Virus record (IMG/VR): IMGVR_UViG_3300005663_000089
Coordinates: 1 to 44,210 of that record
Length of the DNA: 44,210 nt
Direction: 5' to 3' (one strand)
From: a virus
Taxonomy: Duplodnaviria; Caudoviricetes
Shown: piece after piece, positions 37,299 through 44,210 of the stretch
Layout of the letters: the number at the start of each line of letters is the position of its first letter
Numbering within the stretch: position 1 is the first letter of the stretch
Notes under the pieces: generated by a model
Told to the model about the DNA's origin: nothing
Databases searched by the model: none
The model's input: the letters and a program-made list of their open reading frames with translations, nothing else
Translations under genes and position numbers: made by a program

Positions 37299-37838
37299 AT
37301 GGCAGTTTACTATCCAGGATGTATAACTTCCCAGGCAGATCATATCTGTACCGATTGCCCTCCAAAGGAATTAGGTGACATACGGTCTTTTTTCTTCGTG
37401 AAATCAGACTTTACTTTCACTGATATTACCGATACGGCAGAGTGGACAACAGGTCTGAACAACAGGGATATTTATGTAGTTACATATTCGAGGGGAACGC
37501 TTGAATTTACTCCCAACCTACAGCCAGGTTTTGGCGATACGGTGGAGGAGCTAGATGGATATGAGATCGTAGCTAATGTTTTCGATCCCAACTATGCCGC
37601 TAATTGCAACTTTTATAATGATATTAAGAGAAGCAAAGAGTGGAAGTTTGGATACAGAACAGAGACTAAGGTTCACTTATCCGATTCTGTAGCGACTATA
37701 ATTCCAAAAGCTCCGATTGCTGACGACAAAAAGCAGTCTGTAATTTGGAATATAGAAGTTAAGTTCACCCAAGAGGATATACCATGCCCATCTGATAAGC
37801 CAACAGGCGTATTTGATGTGTGTATAGGTATTAACTAA
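37299..37838 (+). CDS. Major tail tube protein
   Basis: ~180 aa, beta-rich; position. Confidence 0.6.
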   Translation: MAVYYPGCITSQADHICTDCPPKELGDIRSFFFVKSDFTFTDITDTAEWTTGLNNRDIYVVTYSRGTLEFTPNLQPGFGDTVEELDGYEIVANVFDPNYAANCNFYNDIKRSKEWKFGYRTETKVHLSDSVATIIPKAPIADDKKQSVIWNIEVKFTQEDIPCPSDKPTGVFDVCIGIN

Positions 37839-38842
37839 TGGGCTTCTGTAACAACATAACACCAACGTGTGATGTTTGTTTTGAAGTTCTTTATGGTAAG
37901 TGTAATGATGTTTTAACATTGTCAATAGGGTTGACACCGAGCACAACGTTCTTTTTAAACCTTACTGATAAGTTTGACATCATTACACCTCTTACCGTAA
38001 CTACGGATTCTTCAGGGGATTTCACTATTACCCAGACATGGACTGAGTTTTTCGGGGATGTCGAGGTAGAGATATTTTCGGATGCCGGAAGGACTATTTT
38101 GATAACGGTTATACAAAATTCCAATATTTATAATTGTATTCTTTTAGTTCAGGAATTAAGCGGTTCTAATAACATAAATCCTGCATTGTTTTCACCTAAT
38201 GACATAGCTAATCTTCTAGTGTGGCTGCGTAGCGATATGGGTGTTACAAAAGATGGATCGGATGCGGTAAGCCTATGGGCGGATCAATCTAGTAATGGTA
38301 ATGATGTTGTTCAGGCTGTCGGGTCAAAGCAGCCTACATGGTTAAGCTCTCAGCTAGACTCAAAGCCAGCAATTAGCTTTGATGGAGTTGACGACCTTTT
38401 AAAATCCGTTAGCTTTATCTGGAATCAACCCGAAACGATATATGTGGTTTTTAAGCAGGTATCGTGGTCAGTAACTGAAATATTGATGGATGGAGATGGG
38501 GTTGCAGGTGCGGCTTTACAACAGATAACATCCCCTCCCAGGTTGCAATTAAATGCAGGTGGGGGAACTTTATTACTTGCTACATTTACTATTGGTACGT
38601 TTTTTATAGCCACAGTGATTTTTAATGGAGTAAATTCTGTTTTTCAGAATGGAGATACAGCAGAAGCCACAGGTAATGCTGGGGTTAATAATATGTCGGG
38701 GTTAACATTGGGTGGTTTAGGAAGTGATACATTATGGGGGAACGTTGATATTACAGAGGTTATAGGTTACGCTGGGGTGCATACTACAGCCCAGAGGACA
38801 GAGGTTAAAGCATATTTAAAAACCCGATACCCTTCATTATAA
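37838..38842 (+). CDS. Virion protein with a LamG/ConA-like C-terminal domain
   Basis: LLVWLRSD.GV, VSLWADQSSNGN, ISFDGVDD, ITEVIGY...VKAYLKTRY. Confidence 0.75.
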   Translation: MGFCNNITPTCDVCFEVLYGKCNDVLTLSIGLTPSTTFFLNLTDKFDIITPLTVTTDSSGDFTITQTWTEFFGDVEVEIFSDAGRTILITVIQNSNIYNCILLVQELSGSNNINPALFSPNDIANLLVWLRSDMGVTKDGSDAVSLWADQSSNGNDVVQAVGSKQPTWLSSQLDSKPAISFDGVDDLLKSVSFIWNQPETIYVVFKQVSWSVTEILMDGDGVAGAALQQITSPPRLQLNAGGGTLLLATFTIGTFFIATVIFNGVNSVFQNGDTAEATGNAGVNNMSGLTLGGLGSDTLWGNVDITEVIGYAGVHTTAQRTEVKAYLKTRYPSL

Positions 38843-38876
38843 TAACAGAATTACAAACAATTAAATAACAATAAAA

Positions 38877-39194
38877 ATGGCAAATTCATTAATATTAGAA
38901 GGAGGACAAGGATCGAATACAATTACCGATGCTGTGTTCCACGATTTAACCTTAACTCCAGTAGGACAAGTAGAGGTTTTAGAGGACTCTACAACATTTG
39001 TAACGGTTCAAATGCAAACCAAAGACCCAGATACATTACTTTTTGGGGTAGATGAGCAGGTAGCGGGCACGGGAAATCCTCCTGGGTTTGGATCAGTTCA
39101 TAAGAAAGGGGAATACATTTCTTTAAAATCTGACTTTGAAAGGGTTACGGGAATAACTCTGGGTGCAGGTTCGGTAAGGGTTTATTTTACTTGA
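38877..39194 (+). CDS. Small structural protein
   Basis: ITLGAGSVRVY C-terminus. Confidence 0.55.
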   Translation: MANSLILEGGQGSNTITDAVFHDLTLTPVGQVEVLEDSTTFVTVQMQTKDPDTLLFGVDEQVAGTGNPPGFGSVHKKGEYISLKSDFERVTGITLGAGSVRVYFT

Positions 39195-39195
39195 T

Positions 39196-39954
39196 ATGCC
39201 GGGAATAGGAATAGGAATAGGAATACATAGGGGAGTCCTTATAGGTGATAACGGGCTTATTAATAATCTATCAACCCTGTTTGACGGAGTAGACGAAAGG
39301 GTAGATATACCTGACGATGCTAGTTTAGACTTTGAGAGAACTGATCCGTTTAGCGTATCTCATTGGGTTCAATATACAGCCGTAGCAGGGTTACAAATTA
39401 CAAGTTCTAAACGCAGCGTAGCGTTAACAGAAGGATGGGCAACTCATTCTAGTAATGGGTTGTTGATATTTTTATTCGCTGCAAATGGAGGAACTGAGAG
39501 TATACAAATAAGAAGTACCAATTCGATTACAGACACAAACTGGCACAATCTTATATTTACTTATGATGGGTCTTCGACTGCGGCAGGAGCTAATATTTAC
39601 ATAGACGGAGTACAGGAAACCAGGGTAGTTATAACTGATACTTTAGCTTCTTCTATATTAAATAACAATTCTTTTAAATTAGCGGTAGACGGGAACAATA
39701 CTTTTCCCTTTAACGGTAATCAGGATGAGAATAGTGTTTGGAAAAAAGAACTAAGCACTTCAGAAGCTACAGAGCTTTATAACGGAGGGAAACCTACTAA
39801 TTTACTAACTCATAGCGCGGCTTCAGACTTAGTAGGATGGTGGAGGATGGGAGATGATGACACCTTCCCTACCTTAACAGATAATTCAACAAATACTAAT
39901 AATGGGACGGTAATCAACGGATTACCTGGAGACTTTGTAAACGACACACCATAA
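39196..39954 (+). CDS. LamG/concanavalin-like lectin virion protein
   Basis: FDGVDE, WHNLIFTYDGS, IYIDG, LYNGG, LVGWWRM. Confidence 0.85.
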   Translation: MPGIGIGIGIHRGVLIGDNGLINNLSTLFDGVDERVDIPDDASLDFERTDPFSVSHWVQYTAVAGLQITSSKRSVALTEGWATHSSNGLLIFLFAANGGTESIQIRSTNSITDTNWHNLIFTYDGSSTAAGANIYIDGVQETRVVITDTLASSILNNNSFKLAVDGNNTFPFNGNQDENSVWKKELSTSEATELYNGGKPTNLLTHSAASDLVGWWRMGDDDTFPTLTDNSTNTNNGTVINGLPGDFVNDTP

Positions 39955-40193
39955 TGGCACATTACAGATATACAATAGAGACAAAAGCAGGCATTAGCCA
40001 AGCGATGTTAGATGTTTGCGTACAGACAGCGGTAAAGAATTTAAGAACTTCTAATGATGGATTGTTAGCGGTTCTAAAATGGAGGTCAAAAGACCCTAAT
40101 CCACCTAATTTTGATGGGAAGACAAAATATGACCATGTACCTATGTTGATGGAGATGGACAAGGCAAATTGGAAAGCACCAGATATAACGTAA
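39954..40193 (+). CDS. Hypothetical virion-associated protein
   Basis: LRTSNDG..AVLKW motif; coupled to the LamG gene. Confidence 0.6.
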   Translation: MAHYRYTIETKAGISQAMLDVCVQTAVKNLRTSNDGLLAVLKWRSKDPNPPNFDGKTKYDHVPMLMEMDKANWKAPDIT

Positions 40194-40378
40194 TGAATGA
40201 GGGATTAGGATATATTAAGTATAGTGTAGTGGGATTCATCCTATCTAGTTTGACTTTGGGATGGGGAGATATAGGACAGGCTTTATTATTGGGTTTTGCG
40301 GGAGCAGTAGGGGGCTTTCTAGCCAGATTACTAACTAACTACCTTAAAAAGAGGTGGGAAATATTCAGAACAAAATGA
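40193..40378 (+). CDS. Putative holin
   Basis: Two TM helices with a basic C-terminus, upstream of the endolysin. Confidence 0.55.
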   Translation: MNEGLGYIKYSVVGFILSSLTLGWGDIGQALLLGFAGAVGGFLARLLTNYLKKRWEIFRTK

Positions 40379-40806
40379 AGGTATCAACTAATTTTCATTT
40401 AAAGGAGTTTATAGATAAGAAGACTTATCAGAAATGGGGGGAGGCTTCATTGTGGTTTATAGACCCTAGAATCATTCAGGTAGCTCAGTTTATAAGAACT
40501 CGTCATGGAAAGGCTATAACGATCAACGGCACGTTAAATGGGCATACCTATAACTATTCAGGTTTCGACCCTCCAAGGGGCTACCGTAAAGCCACAAGCC
40601 TATCTCAGCATCAGTTTGGCAGGGCGGTAGACTTAAAATTCTCAGGTATGACCGTTCAGGAGGCTTACAAGGATATTATAGACAATCAGGATGTGTACTT
40701 AAAAATAGGACTTACTACGGTAGAGAATATAGAGGCTACCCCATCTTGGTTGCATATAGATATTAGAGAAACGAGAATGGATGTAATAAAGATTGTTAAC
40801 CCTTAA
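40375..40806 (+). CDS. Endolysin, peptidase M15 family
   Basis: NFHLKEF, SQHQFGRAVD, WLHIDIR. Confidence 0.85.
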   Translation: MKVSTNFHLKEFIDKKTYQKWGEASLWFIDPRIIQVAQFIRTRHGKAITINGTLNGHTYNYSGFDPPRGYRKATSLSQHQFGRAVDLKFSGMTVQEAYKDIIDNQDVYLKIGLTTVENIEATPSWLHIDIRETRMDVIKIVNP

Positions 40807-40816
40807 AACTATAATT

Positions 40817-41116
40817 ATGAGTGTAATAGCAGGATTAGTAAACGTATTGCCAGGAATTGTTAATACGGTAGGTAATTTAATTAAGGATAAAAAGAGAGCA
40901 ACGGCAGAGACGAGTAAGATTCTCCCGGCTTTCATGGAAGACAAGCACAATATAGCAGATGGATTAGAGCTGTCTAGCAAGGTTGTATTTGGATATGGAT
41001 TAGGGGGTTATGTAATCTACTACGCTCTTACTCACGACCCTCTAAACCTCTGGGTATTGGGTGCGGGAACTCTAATTGCCGTAGGGACTACTATTGCAAA
41101 AGCCTTAGAAAGATAG
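40817..41116 (+). CDS. Membrane protein, possible lysis accessory
   Basis: Hydrophobic helices; downstream of the endolysin. Confidence 0.55.
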   Translation: MSVIAGLVNVLPGIVNTVGNLIKDKKRATAETSKILPAFMEDKHNIADGLELSSKVVFGYGLGGYVIYYALTHDPLNLWVLGAGTLIAVGTTIAKALER

Positions 41117-41158
41117 TATATTTGTATCAACCACCCCACAGATAGTATCTCTGGGCTA

Positions 41159-41193
41159 AAAGACCCGATTAGAGAAATCTTTTCGGGTTTTTT
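41159..41193 (+). terminator. Terminator ending the late operon
   Basis: AAGACCCGA...TCGGGTTTTTT. Confidence 0.7.
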
Positions 41194-41238
41194 CATCTGA
41201 TAAGCAGTCACATTTTTAGTAAATAATTGTGACAAAAG

Positions 41239-41269
41239 TTTGGAGTTGGTTTATTGTTTCTTAACTTTG
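41239..41269 (+). promoter_or_regulatory. Consensus Bacteroidota promoter (early operon)
   Basis: TTTG-19nt-TAACTTTG. Confidence 0.75.
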
Positions 41270-41275
41270 AACCGT

Positions 41276-41640
41276 TCAATACAAGATATTGACACTTACT
41301 TGCAAGGAGTGTAAGAGATAAAACTACTGGAGAGCCAACTCCGTCCAAAAAAACAGAACCCTTTCATACTCCTTGCAGAAGTGGAAGGGTTTTTTACATC
41401 CATCAATATAACCGAACAGGTTGCTATACAGACTAACTGCTTTTAAAGGCAGTAATCCGCGTTTGCTCTTAGGATAGGGTTTTGGGTAGCTGTATAGAGG
41501 TTTCACTCTTAGGAGTGCCCTTAGTACAAGGGGGTGTTGATAGGACGGACGATTGCGACGAATAATCAACTCAATTCTTAACAAGGTATAAAAACCTTTT
41601 AAGGATTGGTGCATCCAGTCGGGACTTATGCTCTGAATAG
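41276..41640 (+). ncRNA. Large structured non-coding region (leader, terminator, multi-hairpin domain)
   Basis: Terminator 41357-41395 followed by at least 7 stems. Confidence 0.5.
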
Positions 41641-41707
41641 ATAGTAATAGAGTAACTTTAACTAAGAGTAATCACTAATTAAGAAAACAGGTTAAAACTT
41701 AAATAAC

Positions 41708-41992
41708 ATGAAAAATCATTTTGAAAGTGCAGAATGTTTTGAGGCATACGCTACGGTAGATGCCTGTTATTACATAATTGCCCAAATGGAGGCACAAATG
41801 AACAAACAGAGGTCAGGTATAGAAAAGGCGATCGACGATGCTACAGGCTACTCTAAGGCTCAGAAACTTTTGAACTTCAAGATTTCGGATTGGAAACTAT
41901 GGATGAATGGGAAGCACTTTCAGAAACGGAACGGAAAACAATGCTGCAAACGGCACTTGATGAAATGCCTAACCCTTGTTATCCAATGGTAG
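41708..41992 (+). CDS. Hypothetical protein, probably chimeric
   Basis: 3' half reads better in another frame. Confidence 0.45.
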   Translation: MKNHFESAECFEAYATVDACYYIIAQMEAQMNKQRSGIEKAIDDATGYSKAQKLLNFKISDWKLWMNGKHFQKRNGKQCCKRHLMKCLTLVIQW

Positions 41993-42015
41993 ACGGGTAC
42001 ACAATTTCACACTAA
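41860..42015 (+). pseudogene. Start-less 3' gene remnant (SETFELQDFGLETMDEWEALSETERK...)
   Basis: Open acidic, protein-like frame preceded by TAA at 41854. Confidence 0.4.
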
Positions 42016-42038
42016 ACACTCTTTTAAAACACTAACCA

Positions 42039-42269
42039 ATGAATGCACAACGACGAAAAGAAATTGAGAAAGTCCTTAATATTTTAGAGGGATTACACAT
42101 GGAGGTTGAAGCCATTAAGAGCGATGAAGAAGAAGTATTTGAAAACATCCCTGAATCCCTACACGGCACAGATGCTCACCTTAAATCAGAGAGTGCAGTA
42201 TATTCTCTAGGGGAAGCAGAGACTTACCTAATGGAGACTATTGAGCAACTTAACTCAGCAACAGAATAA
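42039..42269 (+). CDS. Conserved phage hypothetical protein
   Basis: MNAQRRKEI...EEEVFENIPESL motif. Confidence 0.75.
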   Translation: MNAQRRKEIEKVLNILEGLHMEVEAIKSDEEEVFENIPESLHGTDAHLKSESAVYSLGEAETYLMETIEQLNSATE

Positions 42270-42281
42270 ATACCTAAACCA

Positions 42282-42830
42282 ATGAAGACCAAAACTAAAG
42301 CCCAACTACGAGTAGAAATAGCAAAGGATGTGCTAAAGCAGATCAAAGCAAAGAAGATAACTATTGAATGTGGAGCGTATTTTACTTATAAAACAAAAAA
42401 GGGTGCTCAGTATAAGGGGCGACAATTACAAGAGGTATTACCAAAGCTCAAAGAATGTAAGGTTTGCGCATTAGGTAGCTTATTTTATAGTCATATCATA
42501 AAAAATAATGACTTTAAGATTAGTGCGAATGGATTGGGTGGAACTGACCTTAATGGACATGGAGACAGGCTAAGAAACAGCATACTAGGGTTCTCTGAGG
42601 CTCAACTTGAACTTATTGAATGCGCCTTTGAATCGAATGACTATTATATGATGTGTTCGGAGAGAGGTACTTATAGCGGTAAGGTAATTAGTTCCGCAAT
42701 AAGTTATAGGTCAACACACGATTTGAGTAATGGTAGCGTATTCGATAAAGACCCAAAGAAAAATGACAAACCAGCCCTTATTCACATTATGAAAAACGTT
42801 ATCAAGAACAAAGGAACATTTAAACCCTAA
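42282..42830 (+). CDS. Hypothetical protein
   Basis: CKVCALG motif. Confidence 0.7.
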   Translation: MKTKTKAQLRVEIAKDVLKQIKAKKITIECGAYFTYKTKKGAQYKGRQLQEVLPKLKECKVCALGSLFYSHIIKNNDFKISANGLGGTDLNGHGDRLRNSILGFSEAQLELIECAFESNDYYMMCSERGTYSGKVISSAISYRSTHDLSNGSVFDKDPKKNDKPALIHIMKNVIKNKGTFKP

Positions 42831-42836
42831 ACCCCC

Positions 42837-43097
42837 ATGAGAAACGCCCGAAAGACCCCATTCATTTTAAACTTAGAAAAGGAAGACGTTCAATCTGACC
42901 CCTTCTCAGAGATACTAGAGCCAGAGAATATAGTCAAAGCCAGTAGGAGGTCTATGGGAATAAGCAAGGCTACCACCCTCTCAGAGTGTATGCCCAGGTT
43001 ATCTCAGATCGCAAAAGAGACGGGTAAGAATTTAAACAACACCTCCGAATTTAAAGAATGCGTCGTTCAGATGAACGCTGAAAAACTAAAATCATGA
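42837..43097 (+). CDS. Hypothetical protein
   Basis: ORF ending NAEKLKS. Confidence 0.55.
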   Translation: MRNARKTPFILNLEKEDVQSDPFSEILEPENIVKASRRSMGISKATTLSECMPRLSQIAKETGKNLNNTSEFKECVVQMNAEKLKS

Positions 43098-43327
43098 GCG
43101 CACCAACACGAAAAGAATTTATGGCTCTCACTTATGAGAAGTACGTAGAAATGAAAGCCCAAATATACACCTTAGATAAAAAGGGGCAAAGGTTACGGGA
43201 GTCGCACAATAAGTTAATCGAGGTACTTGAACACGTAAAAAATGATGTTGTTTGGAATGAGCCTAAAAGTCCTACGTTAGCTTGGATTAAGAAAACCCTT
43301 AATAACGCTGAAAAACTATCGAAATGA
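43094..43327 (+). CDS. Hypothetical protein
   Basis: ORF ending NAEKLSK. Confidence 0.55.
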   Translation: MSAPTRKEFMALTYEKYVEMKAQIYTLDKKGQRLRESHNKLIEVLEHVKNDVVWNEPKSPTLAWIKKTLNNAEKLSK

Positions 43328-43454
43328 GTCCATTTGACGACAAAGACTTTAACCCTAAACTCCCTGTAAGTGAGTGGGCAGTAAAACACCTATTATGTTG
43401 CCAACTAAGGCTATTAGAGAGTGTGAATGATCCAGAAACTTTAAACTAAAAATT

Positions 43455-44210
43455 ATGAAGACGCTAAAAAGGAAAAACGAGATAATTAAAATTGCCAAAG
43501 AACACCGCCAAGCCGATAGGTTTATTCAGGGTCAATGGTTAAACGGAAAAGTAAAAGGGAAGTACTCGGGGTGCTTTTTTGGATGTATGACCCAATATGA
43601 CGGTAGGGATTCGCTAGAAAAGGCATCAGAAGAATTTGATATGCCCCTATGGTTAGTCCATGTTGCTGAGAAGATATTTGAGGGACTAGCACAAGAAGAG
43701 GCGGTAGAATTTCCCGTACAACTATTAGAAGCTATTCCATGTAGGCTTAACTCAGACAAAGTATATAAGAAGTTCATGTATGTTATGTTAATGGATAAGG
43801 AAAATGGACAGATAACCTTTACTAAAAAGGGTTCGGCTCAATATAAGGCAATTAAGCAATGTGCTGACCTGTTTTTAATGGATGAGATTGACGAGTCAGC
43901 AGCAGGGTCAGCAGCAGAGTCAGCAAGGTCAGCAGCAGAGTCAGCAAGGTCAGCAGCAGGGTCAGCAGCAGGGTCAGCAGCAGAGTCAGCAAGGTCAGCA
44001 GCAGAGTCAGCAGCAGAGTCAGCAAGGTCAGCAGCATGGTCAGCAGCATGGTCAGCAGCATGGTCAGCAGCATGGTCAGCAGCAAGGTCAGCAGCATGGT
44101 CAGCAGCAAGGTCAGCAGCAAGGTCAGCAGCATGGTCAGCAGCATGGTCAGCAGCATGGTCAGCAGCATGGTCAGCAGCATGGTCAGCAGCATGGTCAGC
44201 AGCATGGTCA
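43455..44210 (+). CDS. Phage protein with SAA(W/E/G/R) low-complexity repeats; runs off the end (not in ORF track)
   Basis: MKTLKRKNEIIKIAKEHRQADRFIQG...GCFFGC...WLVHVAEKIFEGL...EAIP...DESAAGSAAESAR; no stop before the window end. Confidence 0.85.
   Translation, partial: MKTLKRKNEIIKIAKEHRQADRFIQGQWLNGKVKGKYSGCFFGCMTQYDGRDSLEKASEEFDMPLWLVHVAEKIFEGLAQEEAVEFPVQLLEAIPCRLNSDKVYKKFMYVMLMDKENGQITFTKKGSAQYKAIKQCADLFLMDEIDESAAGSAAESARSAAESARSAAGSAAGSAAESARSAAESAAESARSAAWSAAWSAAWSAAWSAARSAAWSAARSAARSAAWSAAWSAAWSAAWSAAWSAAWSAAWS
43896..44210 (+). repeat. Coding tandem repeat of 12-nt and 9-nt units
   Basis: TCAGCAGCA(TGG/GAG/GGG/AGG) and TCAGCAAGG units. Confidence 0.95.

Noticed and set aside
41324-41614. 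Minus-strand 96-aa ORF
   Set aside because: Lies across the hairpin-rich region, opposes a consensus promoter, and has no recognisable motifs.
43852-44205. Minus-strand MLLT-repeat ORF
   Set aside because: Antisense shadow of the stop-free repeat.
43896-44210. CRISPR array, telomere or DGR at the ends
   Set aside because: No unique spacers, the units are in-frame codons, and no cas or RT gene is present.

Overview
This looks like a complete or near-complete ~44 kb siphovirus-type tailed phage of a Bacteroidota host (TAnnTTTG -7 promoters, AT-rich leaders without Shine-Dalgarno). The contig is broken inside a 12-nt coding tandem repeat present at both ends. Gene order on the + strand: small early, recombination and replication genes (NinB, DUF3268, NinG, N6A and C5 methyltransferases); terminase; tail chaperone with a -1 frameshift; tape measure and tail proteins; a glycosyltransferase; a portal with an inserted DnaJ-type Zn finger; and a minor head protein. 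Next comes a 2.7 kb island bounded by two inverted Ibs/Sib-like type I toxin-antitoxin modules that the ORF track misses. They enclose a secreted-protein gene and an IS1380-family transposase. A 6 kb operon of soluble glycan-modifying enzymes follows (4 glycosyltransferases, 5 methyltransferases, 1 kinase), then scaffold, major capsid, neck and tail genes, LamG proteins, lysis genes and a large structured non-coding region. I recognised no integrase, repressor, CRISPR, RT or tRNA. The strongest novelty candidates are the TA-bracketed transposase island, the putative virion glycosylation and capping operon, and four leader RNAs that share one switch architecture. All family calls come from motif recognition by eye, not database searches.
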